A DNA stretch of 64,000 bases from Oceanispirochaeta sp. (lineage in GTDB: Bacteria; Spirochaetota; Spirochaetia; DSM-2461): contig CAXXXD010000002.1 in NCBI GenBank assembly GCA_963663385.2, positions 1,152,001 to 1,216,000 of the forward strand, read 5' to 3'. A program made the translations under genes and the position numbers. Below are positions 20,001 to 28,043 of the stretch, in pieces. The notes below the pieces were generated by a model. The model made no database searches. It had not been told where the DNA came from and saw only the letters and a list, made by a program, of their open reading frames with translations. The stretch's first letter is position 1; each line of letters begins with the position of its first letter.

Positions 20001-21719
20001 CGCTGTGGTCAGGTTCAGTCCGGCACCGATCTTCATATTCAGGTTCTCCCTGTCGTAGAACCAGGTGGCCGCCAGGTCAACGATACCGGGGCTCTCTCCC
20101 TCTTCCTCGGTCATCCGGGATTCGGGGATGGTCCATCTGAGGGATTCCGCCAGTTCCAGCTTCATTCCGGGGGTCAGGTTCAGCCTGTTTCCCTGGGCCA
20201 TAAAGAGGTCGCCCCCGCTTAAACCGGCAGACTCTGTCCGGTAGGCTACCTCTATCCGGTCATCCGGGAAGATATAGCGGTTGAACTGCAGTTCTCCCGT
20301 GTCATAGTCTACCGTAACAGTCTGATCTTCCAGACCGTTCACTTTGACTTTTACGGACCCTTTTATCAGCCCCGAACCAAGAAAGTAATCCCCCGCATTC
20401 TCCTTTACGGAGAGTACAATCTTCCGGGACAGCTTGGATTCGTCTGTCGTTTTGCCGGGGCCGTAAATTTCCGGGTTCGCCTTAAAAAAGGGGACTCTGT
20501 TAATACTCTCCCTCTCGTCTTCTCCTGTGACCAGAACCGTCAGGACGTAATCGTCGGGGAGAAAGGTATACTCCGCATCCTCATCCGTTTCAGCGCCCTT
20601 ATCCAGCAGGGCAATGTCGGTTTTCCAGGATTCGTCGGGCAGGCTGCTGTTATAGGTATAGCGGTTATAACTCTGAAAAGGGGAGTATGTATGGGGCCTG
20701 TGAACCAGCAGGGTCTCATTCCCGTCAATTGAAACAAGTGATGTTTCCCGGAATGTCAGACTGTCCGGGTTATAGGGATCTGTTTCATCCCAGCTGAAGG
20801 GAAGGAGGGGCAGAGAAGGATCCGGGCGGCCTTTCCTGTCCGTATCCATGATAAAATCTTCCGCCAGGGCGGAATCTCCCACTTCTGATCCTCCCGACCG
20901 GTAGAAAAGGGCCACCCTTTTTTCAGATGCCGTCTCAAGGGTCAGGATGCCCTCTTTCAGATCAATCCTGAAGCCCGTGTCCAGTTCAGTATAGCGCCGG
21001 CCGTCGGATCCGGAATATTCGCCTTGCTCCGTCTCCTGATACACTGTCAGAGTGCTGATTTCCCTATTGGGGAGGATGAAGTACCGTCCTTCCTGATAGT
21101 CTGTAATCTGTATGATCTCTTCGGTAACTTCATACCCGCCCAGAAAGCTTTTGCTCTGTTCTTCTGTCGGATCGTAGCGGATCATAAACTCATGCTCGGA
21201 CTGTTCTGTCTGAAAGTGACCGCTGACACCGGGTGTATTGTATTCGGGTGAGGATACATCGATCCCTTCGTACTCACCGATACCGATACCGGCATTACCG
21301 ATGCGGACCTCTTTTACGGGGCTGTACTCATCCCCCTTATACCCCATAACATAGGTGTTTTTATCGTATCCTTCGGTAAAGGATGTTTCCAGAAAATAGT
21401 GGTCCAGCAGAAGAACGGAGAGAAAGAAATCCGGTTCCTGTGAGAACTCAAGGCCGTACTGCATATCAGGGAAGGCGGCGGGGAAGACAAAACCGTCCGA
21501 TCCGTTCTCCCATCCCGTACCGTAGGCTACTCTGTAGCGCCAGTACCCCTGCCAGAATACGTCGGTTCCCACATCACCCAGCTTCATATCCAGGATATGA
21601 TCCGGAGCTTCTGTAAAATCTTCAGCAGTTACGATCTCCTCTGCGCAGAGTAACGATGCGGAGGGTGAGAAGATGAGGAAAAATCCCATTATAAGAAAAA
21701 TGAATGTAATATTTTTCAC
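17079..21719 (-). CDS. Very large exported/outer-membrane beta-strand-rich protein, remote SprA-like
   Basis: GTG start, signal peptide, amphipathic beta strands, terminal ELGVELEITF beta-signal; SprA-like motifs (see findings). Confidence 0.75.
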   Translation of the reverse strand: MKNITFIFLIMGFFLIFSPSASLLCAEEIVTAEDFTEAPDHILDMKLGDVGTDVFWQGYWRYRVAYGTGWENGSDGFVFPAAFPDMQYGLEFSQEPDFFLSVLLLDHYFLETSFTEGYDKNTYVMGYKGDEYSPVKEVRIGNAGIGIGEYEGIDVSSPEYNTPGVSGHFQTEQSEHEFMIRYDPTEEQSKSFLGGYEVTEEIIQITDYQEGRYFILPNREISTLTVYQETEQGEYSGSDGRRYTELDTGFRIDLKEGILTLETASEKRVALFYRSGGSEVGDSALAEDFIMDTDRKGRPDPSLPLLPFSWDETDPYNPDSLTFRETSLVSIDGNETLLVHRPHTYSPFQSYNRYTYNSSLPDESWKTDIALLDKGAETDEDAEYTFLPDDYVLTVLVTGEDERESINRVPFFKANPEIYGPGKTTDESKLSRKIVLSVKENAGDYFLGSGLIKGSVKVKVNGLEDQTVTVDYDTGELQFNRYIFPDDRIEVAYRTESAGLSGGDLFMAQGNRLNLTPGMKLELAESLRWTIPESRMTEEEGESPGIVDLAATWFYDRENLNMKIGAGLNLTTADTAGNFRIMGMEESGYSFAISMDQLVPPEYNLTPANSSCDPADRVDLIYRDFVTTTNLGQTYLNSYTWDAPVDEDEQGPSLAAAVSDDPFSSRVMVMTYNLEGDDWAAGDYLPVTGELIDLSGYSELSFYLRRQNLGEDDLKVTLLLGENGENEDNDDSGSVDRGNSSYLIERLITLPRTENRWEKVTLPLTSSERQKLSRVRSYRFLLENTNSVSGESSGELLAAGFSGEGSPLLMKVLDAEGNEQEGKNLDAVEVEDSTLETAFPDVSSLFHPEDETQKILKVSWGDDSRDGTALAADESWSGTAWMEGVDPSNYGILSLYIRHGRTGGTGYISLTDNDGKGIRLSYEPGGTDWEQLKVNLREGTASFSGSSSVSNLGIDKDAAELTRFEIGMSDLASGTLLLDELHFSDPVFSTAATAEYTVEYARPGDILLTAGGFPILKNFNVYNRVNYFTEERDSLFSDRSNQVESQLSSGIDFMNVRLEGDFDLLRNETDTFYSGGHLVRLPSSSSFGWVSDRYSRSFHPGDDVMERENILYLTPFSLLTLQGSTGSDGSDEQILQKWGGWITLKPFDAGSIRLSLDLYQTAAWESDSSDYFSDWAADFKYVRPLQEDIESREGFGRGTFTLTGEVFGINWEPALEYRAEEEYEWVQENRWESELSFPLTFQSSRGEWTLKPGYSRELENTLYPGDHRDFRDDMDTLFRGIESQFPLWNFVPFHEIFSDDSMNAFEETLTLTDESSYTPTVFLSLSRMPGSYLSDLFLPSSMDISMDREYIKDQDTLYRENHWEFQLIQSALNIFGDWGSTPLFRFYKTDEWTSSIQYVMSGRKSWAPEPEELTYQNYISLMGEEMWDIALDNSFTVDFEDELKQDDLQLIFSWREPENAWINIPLFDHLIVKSNHMEHREKLVFTGYFDGEDQDNTTYDTILTHESRLVVDDLGSLKGWMSLGLGGKHEVFRNAYELGVELEITF

Positions 21720-21779
21720 TTTGTATTATTATTAACGTGGAAACAAAGATTAAGCAAACCCTTTATTGGTAGGAATATT

Positions 21780-22697
21780 ATGGAAAACGACAAGGCCAAA
21801 GCTCAGCAATTTCTGAGCCGGCTTATGCAGAATCCTACAATGAATGGATTTTCCGCCCTTCAGCGGGAAGATCAGCTGATGCAGTTTTTTTCCATCAATG
21901 GAGAGAAACTGAAGCCGACCTTATCTTCTCCCGCCTATTTCAGCGGTTGGTCCTGGCAGGATATCAATAAGATTATGATGGACACCCTCTTTGATATGAC
22001 AAACAGGGAGATCCTTCCACAGATTCAATCGGAGATTTTTGACAGGACAAGTTACTCCTATATCTCCTTTATGAAGCTTCCGGCTCCTACAGAAAGTATG
22101 AAGCGGCAGTTAATGAATGTGGTCAAAAAGGTGCTGGAGCATCCACAGGGCCGTCAGGAAATGACCGGTCCCCTTATCGCCCTGCGTACCGGAATTCTTA
22201 AAAAGTACATTATGCTGATTTTCGACAGGCAGAAATATGTACACTTTGAACTTACCCGGGCTCAGAGGCTGAGGATGTCTCAGGAGGAGGTGTACAATCT
22301 TATTAAAACATCCCTGATTCTGAAACCCCTCACGGTGCTCTTTATGCCGGGTGGACCTTCTCAGGGCTCCGTCCAGAACCTCTCTCATGCCTATGCCGAG
22401 AAAGTCACACAGCAGCTGACCAAACTGATTCCGGGACTGCCCGATCCCATTATCCGCAGCGGCGTAAACAGCAGCATGTCCTTTCAGGAGTTTAACGGTC
22501 TGGAGGCTACGGCCCGGCTTACGGCAGTTTTTTCAAGCCGCTGTGCGGGCATGAAACAGGGTATGAAGATAGACCGCGGTGCGGCGGCTTCGGATCAGAG
22601 CTGGTTTAATGTGGCCAGGCGCAACTACAAATACTATGGATATGATTTTGATCTGCTGACAGAGCTGTACAACATATCCGCAGAGAACGGATGGTAA
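21780..22697 (+). CDS. Hypothetical protein
   Basis: 305-aa ORF with AGGA RBS, 4 nt upstream of the next gene. Confidence 0.8.
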   Translation: MENDKAKAQQFLSRLMQNPTMNGFSALQREDQLMQFFSINGEKLKPTLSSPAYFSGWSWQDINKIMMDTLFDMTNREILPQIQSEIFDRTSYSYISFMKLPAPTESMKRQLMNVVKKVLEHPQGRQEMTGPLIALRTGILKKYIMLIFDRQKYVHFELTRAQRLRMSQEEVYNLIKTSLILKPLTVLFMPGGPSQGSVQNLSHAYAEKVTQQLTKLIPGLPDPIIRSGVNSSMSFQEFNGLEATARLTAVFSSRCAGMKQGMKIDRGAAASDQSWFNVARRNYKYYGYDFDLLTELYNISAENGW

Positions 22698-22701
22698 GCT
22701 C

Positions 22702-23820
22702 ATGAAAGAAAAGGTTTCCGGTGCTATAGAAAATTTTATCCTTTTTGTGATCTTTATGGTTCTTGTCCAGACCTTTCTGGAAGATCTGGCCGTTATCCTC
22801 TCCTGGTCCTGGAGTGTCCGGAAAACCCTGATTATCACAGGGTTCGGGTTTGACCTCTTTTTTACCCTGGAATTCCTTATCCGGTATTTTACGGCCCTGA
22901 AAAGGGGAAAAGGGATCCGGTATTTTGTTTATCAGAGGGGATGGATCGATCTGATTGCGTCCCTCCCTCTGCTGCTCCTGAGTTCCGGACCGGCGGTAAT
23001 CTCCCTGATGGACGGAGGCGCTTTTGTGGCCGGAGCGGGAATGCTGAATATGCTGAAGGTTGTCAAAACCGTACGGATCGCCCGGATTCTCCGGCTCCTT
23101 CGTCTTCTGAAGGTGTTCAAAAAAATCAAATTCGTCCACTCTTCCATGGCCCAGAGGCACCTGACCAGGATAATCACTACGGTGATTTCCTCGCTGGTCC
23201 TCGCCCTGACTGGGGTTTCTTTTCTTCTGGCCCAGGTTAATGCCGCGGATGCGGAACACGACTTTGTCCGGAAGCATGAATCTCTGATTGAAACAGCCCT
23301 GGACCTTGAGCAGAAAGATCTTCTGACTTTTTTCGGCGAATCTCTCTTCGGAACCCAGGATTCCGTTCTGATTGTCCGTACCGATAAAGGCACTGTCTAT
23401 TCCCGGTTTAACAACAGCTATTACAGGAAGTGGTTCGGCCCCTCGGACTACGGGTATGTCCGGCAGGGGGATATGGAGGTTTTCTACAGCATGAAGCCCC
23501 TTTATGTAGGTGAGTCCAGGAACAATCTTCTGATCTTTATTTCCATCCTGGTTATGCTGGCGGTTCTGATGCTTTTCTACAGCCCCCATTTCGCCATTAC
23601 CGTGACAGATCCTGTCAATATTATGGCAAAAGGGTTCCGGGATTCCTCCTACAACCTGGAGGTCCTGATTCCCGAGGATCTGAAAGAGGACGATATCTTT
23701 CAGCTGGCCAGACTATACAACGAGGAGTATCTGCCTCTGAAAGCCCGTAATAATACCAGGGAGAGCGGGGCCAGCCTGGCCCTGAAGCTGGAGGACTTTG
23801 ACGATCTTTTGAAAGGATAG
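22702..23820 (+). CDS. Ion_trans-type voltage-sensor (S1-S4) membrane protein with periplasmic loop and HAMP-like C-terminus
   Basis: S2 DLFFTLEFLIR, S3 WIDLIASLP, S4 KVVKTVRIARILRLLRLLKVFK; ITVTDPVNIMAKG...DDIFQLARLYN. Confidence 0.75.
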   Translation: MKEKVSGAIENFILFVIFMVLVQTFLEDLAVILSWSWSVRKTLIITGFGFDLFFTLEFLIRYFTALKRGKGIRYFVYQRGWIDLIASLPLLLLSSGPAVISLMDGGAFVAGAGMLNMLKVVKTVRIARILRLLRLLKVFKKIKFVHSSMAQRHLTRIITTVISSLVLALTGVSFLLAQVNAADAEHDFVRKHESLIETALDLEQKDLLTFFGESLFGTQDSVLIVRTDKGTVYSRFNNSYYRKWFGPSDYGYVRQGDMEVFYSMKPLYVGESRNNLLIFISILVMLAVLMLFYSPHFAITVTDPVNIMAKGFRDSSYNLEVLIPEDLKEDDIFQLARLYNEEYLPLKARNNTRESGASLALKLEDFDDLLKG

Positions 23821-23968
23821 GACCTCCCCCGGCCCCTCCTCGAGGAGGGGTGCAATCTGCTGGTCATGCTTCCTCCTTCAAAACAAGTGTGTAATTTATA
23901 TTACTTCTCCCCTTGAGGGGAGACTGAGAGGGGTTCGGGAGGAAGTCGCTTCTCCCACAGGGAGAAGG
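23821..23968. repeat. Cluster of REP-like GC-rich palindromes between convergent genes
   Basis: CCCCTCCTCGAGGAGGGG (23833-50, perfect), TCTCCCCTTGAGGGGAGA (23906-23), CTTCTCCCACAGGGAGAAG (23949-67). Confidence 0.7.
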
Positions 23969-23985
23969 TATGACATAATAGTGAT

Positions 23986-25239
23986 TTATCTTAAGGAAAT
24001 CTCGGGAAAAACCTTTGCCGTTTCTTCGGGAACAATGATCCTGATATAGCGCAGGGCGTCGGTAAATCCCTGAACAACGGGTTCGCTGAAAACCGATCCG
24101 GAATGAATAAAGGGGATATCCCTATCATTGACGAGAATGGGCAGGTCCACTTCGAAAGAGATCTTTGACGGGATATCGATAATCAGGTGATTTTCCGGGA
24201 GCAGGGATTTGTCCTTTTTGCAGATGCTTTCTGCCAGCTGCTCCTCATAGTTGAAGCGGAACTCCAGGTCTGCCAGTTTCCGGTGCAGTTCGTCCCCGTC
24301 ATCAAAGGGAATCTGGTTGACAATCCGGTAGCGTTTGGGGGTCTCCGCCTCCCGTATCAGAGAGGCCAGTTCCTCGGGGAGATCGGTCATACGCTTATAG
24401 AAGTGATCATCATCCATTCCATACAGATCTTCCCCCTTTATCAGTCCCCGGGAGAGACTGAGAAAGACAGCTTTTTTTACCATGGCCGTCGAAATCCGGA
24501 CATCCGTATGCCAGTAGACAGTTTTGTACATAAGGTATTTGGAGAAAAGGATATTCTCTATCGCTGTAACCCCCTTGGAGGTCAGGCCGATACCGGATGA
24601 AGTCGGTCTGATCTGGGATATAACAAAATCGATATCCTGTATCCCGTAGGGAACGCCGCAGAAATAGGCATCCCTGTTCAGGTAGTCCAGTTTATCCGGG
24701 TCCAGGACTCCCGACAGAATGTTTCTGAAAAATATCAGTTCGTCATTCCCCCTGTCGGGGATGGAACTGTCTATTATGGCGGCGGTCAGGTCCGGATCGC
24801 TGCCTATCTTTTCTTTGATTATGCTTCTGAGGCCTGATTCCCGGATCAGCTCCCCGGACAGGACTTCATGGTCCTTGAGAGGGAGTTCCTTAAATGAGTG
24901 GGCATGGGGAAAGTGTCCGATATCATGAAGCATGGAAGCGGTCAGGAAAGCCCTGGCACCCTCCAGTGAAATAAAGGGGCAATCCGCTGAATAAAGCAGG
25001 GTTTTCAGAATCCGCCGGGCCAGAAAGAATACGCCCAGGCTGTGGTTGAGCCTTGTATGGGTGGCCCCGGGGTATACCAGGGCCGCCGGACCAAGCTGTC
25101 TGATCCGGCCCAGTTTCTGAAACTCGGGATCATTCATCAGTTCCCTCAAACCCGGTGTAAGGTAGATATGCTTCCACAGTGGATCCCTGACAGGAACAGT
25201 ATAATCTTCGTTGATATGACGGATAATTGTCTGCTTCAT
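23986..25239 (-). CDS. HD-domain phosphohydrolase (SAMHD1/YdhJ-like dNTPase family)
   Basis: FQKLGRIRQLG, YPGATHTRLNHSLG, LHDIGHFP, DPDKLDYLNRD. Confidence 0.9.
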   Translation of the reverse strand: MKQTIIRHINEDYTVPVRDPLWKHIYLTPGLRELMNDPEFQKLGRIRQLGPAALVYPGATHTRLNHSLGVFFLARRILKTLLYSADCPFISLEGARAFLTASMLHDIGHFPHAHSFKELPLKDHEVLSGELIRESGLRSIIKEKIGSDPDLTAAIIDSSIPDRGNDELIFFRNILSGVLDPDKLDYLNRDAYFCGVPYGIQDIDFVISQIRPTSSGIGLTSKGVTAIENILFSKYLMYKTVYWHTDVRISTAMVKKAVFLSLSRGLIKGEDLYGMDDDHFYKRMTDLPEELASLIREAETPKRYRIVNQIPFDDGDELHRKLADLEFRFNYEEQLAESICKKDKSLLPENHLIIDIPSKISFEVDLPILVNDRDIPFIHSGSVFSEPVVQGFTDALRYIRIIVPEETAKVFPEISLR

Positions 25240-25302
25240 AAGTTTATTATACAGGAAAATGCTTTGACGGTACCCGGGATTTCTGATAAAAGAGTATTAA
25301 TC

Positions 25303-26016
25303 ATGTATAAATACTCCACAGGCTTTTCAGTTCTCATTTTCCTCCTGCTAATCAGTTTCGGCTGCCAGAAAAAGGGAGAGGGGATTCAGAGCGGTGAATC
25401 AGAGGGCTCCACGGAGGAGTCCCGTCCTGCTCTTGATAAAATCACTATGAACCGGAGCGGTGAAGCAGAGAATACCGAGAAAGAAGAGGAGCCTGTGAAG
25501 AAAGAAAAAGAGAGTATTGAAACGTTTTCCGGCCCTCTTTTCCTGCAGCAGATTCTTCCCCGCAGCCGGGTTCTGCCCGACGGAGATTACTGCGGTCCCT
25601 TTATGGATTTTATGTCTACGGATACTGATGAAAACAGGGCCGGGACTGTTCTCCGGAACTTCTTCCATACCTACAGGGCCGGTGTAATAGATTTCCGTTA
25701 CCTCTACGAAGATATGAATGTTTTTTTCCGGGAAGAACTGGAAATGTTTAAACCCCGCTGCGGCGAAATTGTCGGCTACCTGGCCGGCTCCTTTAAAACC
25801 TCCGCCAACCGGGGGAGTGTGCGGATTCGTCTGTACTCCGAAACAGGGTCCATTACGGGAATCCTCTACCTGATTTACCTGGATGAGAACTGGTATGTGG
25901 AGGACTGGGAGCTGCCCATATCCCTCTGGCCGGGGAGCCTCCCCCTTACACCCTCCGAGGGAGAGGGTCTAGAAATGAAAAACGCCCCTCTCGACTCCGC
26001 TCGTGGGGCTGAGTAG
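25303..26016 (+). CDS. Hypothetical lipoprotein
   Basis: Start moved to ATG 25303 (the track's 25042 start overlaps the HD gene); MYKYSTGFSVLIFLLLISFGC lipobox. Confidence 0.7.
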   Translation: MYKYSTGFSVLIFLLLISFGCQKKGEGIQSGESEGSTEESRPALDKITMNRSGEAENTEKEEEPVKKEKESIETFSGPLFLQQILPRSRVLPDGDYCGPFMDFMSTDTDENRAGTVLRNFFHTYRAGVIDFRYLYEDMNVFFREELEMFKPRCGEIVGYLAGSFKTSANRGSVRIRLYSETGSITGILYLIYLDENWYVEDWELPISLWPGSLPLTPSEGEGLEMKNAPLDSARGAE

Positions 26017-26058
26017 AAGGAATATCATGATTATGATTTCTCGGCTTCGCTCGAAATC
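25935..26058. repeat. REP-like palindrome cluster overlapping the 3' end of the lipoprotein gene
   Basis: CCTCCCCC..CCCTCCGAGGGAGAGGG resembles the unit at 23823; GCCCCTCTCGACTCCGCTCGTGGGGC; GATTTCTCGGCTTCGCTCGAAATC. Confidence 0.6.
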
Positions 26059-26080
26059 TGGTTTTCTTCTTATAAATATG

Positions 26081-26106
26081 AAAACTCCGGCGGATACCGG
26101 AGTTTT
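26081..26106. terminator. Bidirectional rho-independent terminator
   Basis: AAAACTCCGG-cggata-CCGGAGTTTT between convergent genes. Confidence 0.8.
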
Positions 26107-26127
26107 TCAATTTTCTGTTGTATTTTT

Positions 26128-26670
26128 CTAGCTTATAGGGATGCCCGCGTCTTTTCTGCGGAATGTTTTACCTACGGCTACGCAGTTGGCTTTTTGCGTA
26201 AAGACAACTCCCTCGTTCCAGTATTCCAGGGCGGCGAACATGGCATTTCCCCCGTCGTTATCATCACTCTCTTCTGTTCGGAAGGAAACAAAATCAGCCA
26301 GCTTTTCATAGTCTTCATGGTTCAGACAGTCGTTTCTCTGAACATTGAAACTGTTCCAGTCATCAATGGATTTGAATCCTTCCCCCTCATCTTCGATAAT
26401 GATACGGGCCTCATCTTCGGAAAAGGAGTACCAGACCTTCACAATCTTGTCTTTGTCGCTTTTATTGCCGTGTTTTACGGCATTTTTGATCAGTTCGCTT
26501 ACCTGCTGTTCCAGAAGGTTGATCTCCCGTATTTCGGGGGGGGCTTTTTGAACAATCAGAAGGGTGAAATAGCGGATCTGCCTGAAATCACTGGGAAACT
26601 CCTTATAAAACAGCCCCTCCTTATCCATTAACCTGTGATTATCATCCTGTAGAATTTTTTTCATGCTCAT
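26128..26670 (-). CDS. RsbW-like anti-sigma/HATPase_c_2 ATP-binding protein
   Basis: SELIKNAVKHGN N-box, IEDEGEGF G1 box. Confidence 0.85.
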   Translation of the reverse strand: MSMKKILQDDNHRLMDKEGLFYKEFPSDFRQIRYFTLLIVQKAPPEIREINLLEQQVSELIKNAVKHGNKSDKDKIVKVWYSFSEDEARIIIEDEGEGFKSIDDWNSFNVQRNDCLNHEDYEKLADFVSFRTEESDDNDGGNAMFAALEYWNEGVVFTQKANCVAVGKTFRRKDAGIPIS

Positions 26671-26674
26671 TGTT

Positions 26675-27016
26675 CTAACCTTTCTGAAGTTTTAGTATAC
26701 CGTCTCTGAGAGTCTCTTCCATGGGGAAGTATCCTGTGAGCTTTGTCAATTCGATAACTTTTTTTACCGAACCGTGCACATTGGTTATGATCAGGCTGGC
26801 ATTTTTCTTTTTCAGGGCTGAACTGACAAAAATCAGGGCGCCGATTCCGCTGGAATCTATGTATTCAACCTTTTCCATGTTGATAATATAGAGGGATATA
26901 TTCTTTTCGAGCATTTTGCTGATCAGTTCCTTCAGCTTAAAAGCATTGTAAAGATCCATTTCTCCTTCGATATCTACAATGTATATATTTCCGCTTTTTC
27001 TAACTTTAAGTTCCAA
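26675..27016 (-). CDS. STAS-domain anti-sigma factor antagonist (RsbV/SpoIIAA-like)
   Basis: GEMDLYNA, YIDSSGIGAL phospho-Ser motif; TTG start at 27016 after AAGGAG. Confidence 0.9.
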   Translation of the reverse strand: MELKVRKSGNIYIVDIEGEMDLYNAFKLKELISKMLEKNISLYIINMEKVEYIDSSGIGALIFVSSALKKKNASLIITNVHGSVKKVIELTKLTGYFPMEETLRDGILKLQKG

Positions 27017-27155
27017 ACAAAAGCTCCTTGAGATCATTATGTTTCAGAAATGAAAATGTAAGTAAGTTCAAAGAAAATACCATTCACTAATCATTTATCA
27101 GAATCATAAATATTGTAACGGCCCTGCCGACGATTCGTCAAGAAAGAAACCAGCT

Positions 27156-27479
27156 TCATGAAGAAAACTGATCCTGAATGTCTTTGTAGATCTGTTTTCC
27201 CTCAGCCGAATCAAATCCGATGATTCTGATGCCGCAAACCTGAAAGCCTTCGTCATCGGTTTTCTGCCAGCGGACCTCTCCCTCCAGCCGGAAGCTTTTG
27301 ACAGAACCGTCCCGGGGGATAACCGTAATCTGTTCCACTGTGCCGGTCGGGGCTGAAACGGGCAGTATGGTTACATATTTAAACCCGTCGCTGCTTATAT
27401 CGCGCATATAACCGGGGATACCATTCATCAGTACTTTGGCATAACTGCTGTACCGGTCGTTCACTCTTTCATGGCTCAT
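27156..27479 (-). CDS. PilZ-domain protein (c-di-GMP receptor)
   Basis: RxxxR (RVNDR) and DxSxxG (DISSDG), GEVRW. Confidence 0.8.
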   Translation of the reverse strand: MSHERVNDRYSSYAKVLMNGIPGYMRDISSDGFKYVTILPVSAPTGTVEQITVIPRDGSVKSFRLEGEVRWQKTDDEGFQVCGIRIIGFDSAEGKQIYKDIQDQFSS

Positions 27480-27996
27480 TACTGTAATTGCTCCTCATGG
27501 TTATAATTGTCCCTACGGTTTTCTCTTTATCCCAGGGAATATCGTTCTCTTCCTTATCATGGAAAGAGATGTGAAAATAATCAAAAGTTCTTTTTGTTAC
27601 CAGAAGTCCCATCCCGAACCGATTATAATTGTGTTTTTCCCTGTAATCCTGAAAGGATGAATCGTTTAAATCGATATCGGACACATCCCTGTTGATGTCA
27701 TAGGGAAGGCGGCCGATGTCAAAACCTCCTCCGGAATCCCGGATGATAATTTCAAGGTATTTATCATAAACGCTGAACCGGATAGTTATGGGAGCGTTGG
27801 TTTTCTGCTCCTTATGAGCTCTGATGGAGTTGTTTACCAGCTCCAGTATGGCATAGCGGATATGTTCAAGCTTGCTGTCCAGATCTGTAAAATACATATT
27901 ATGGAATTCTTTCAATAAAGCATTAAAATCCGAGCTTTTGGTGATATCAATTCTGACCGTTTTATATTTTTTTTCTTTATATTTAATATATCCCAT
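27469..27996 (-). CDS. RsbW-like HATPase_c_2 ATP-binding protein
   Basis: LELVNNSIRA, IRDSGGGF, FGMGL. Confidence 0.82.
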   Translation of the reverse strand: MGYIKYKEKKYKTVRIDITKSSDFNALLKEFHNMYFTDLDSKLEHIRYAILELVNNSIRAHKEQKTNAPITIRFSVYDKYLEIIIRDSGGGFDIGRLPYDINRDVSDIDLNDSSFQDYREKHNYNRFGMGLLVTKRTFDYFHISFHDKEENDIPWDKEKTVGTIITMRSNYSNEP

Positions 27997-28043
27997 AGTT
28001 TATTATATAATGTAAGCACTAATTAATTGCCAGCAGGTTACAT

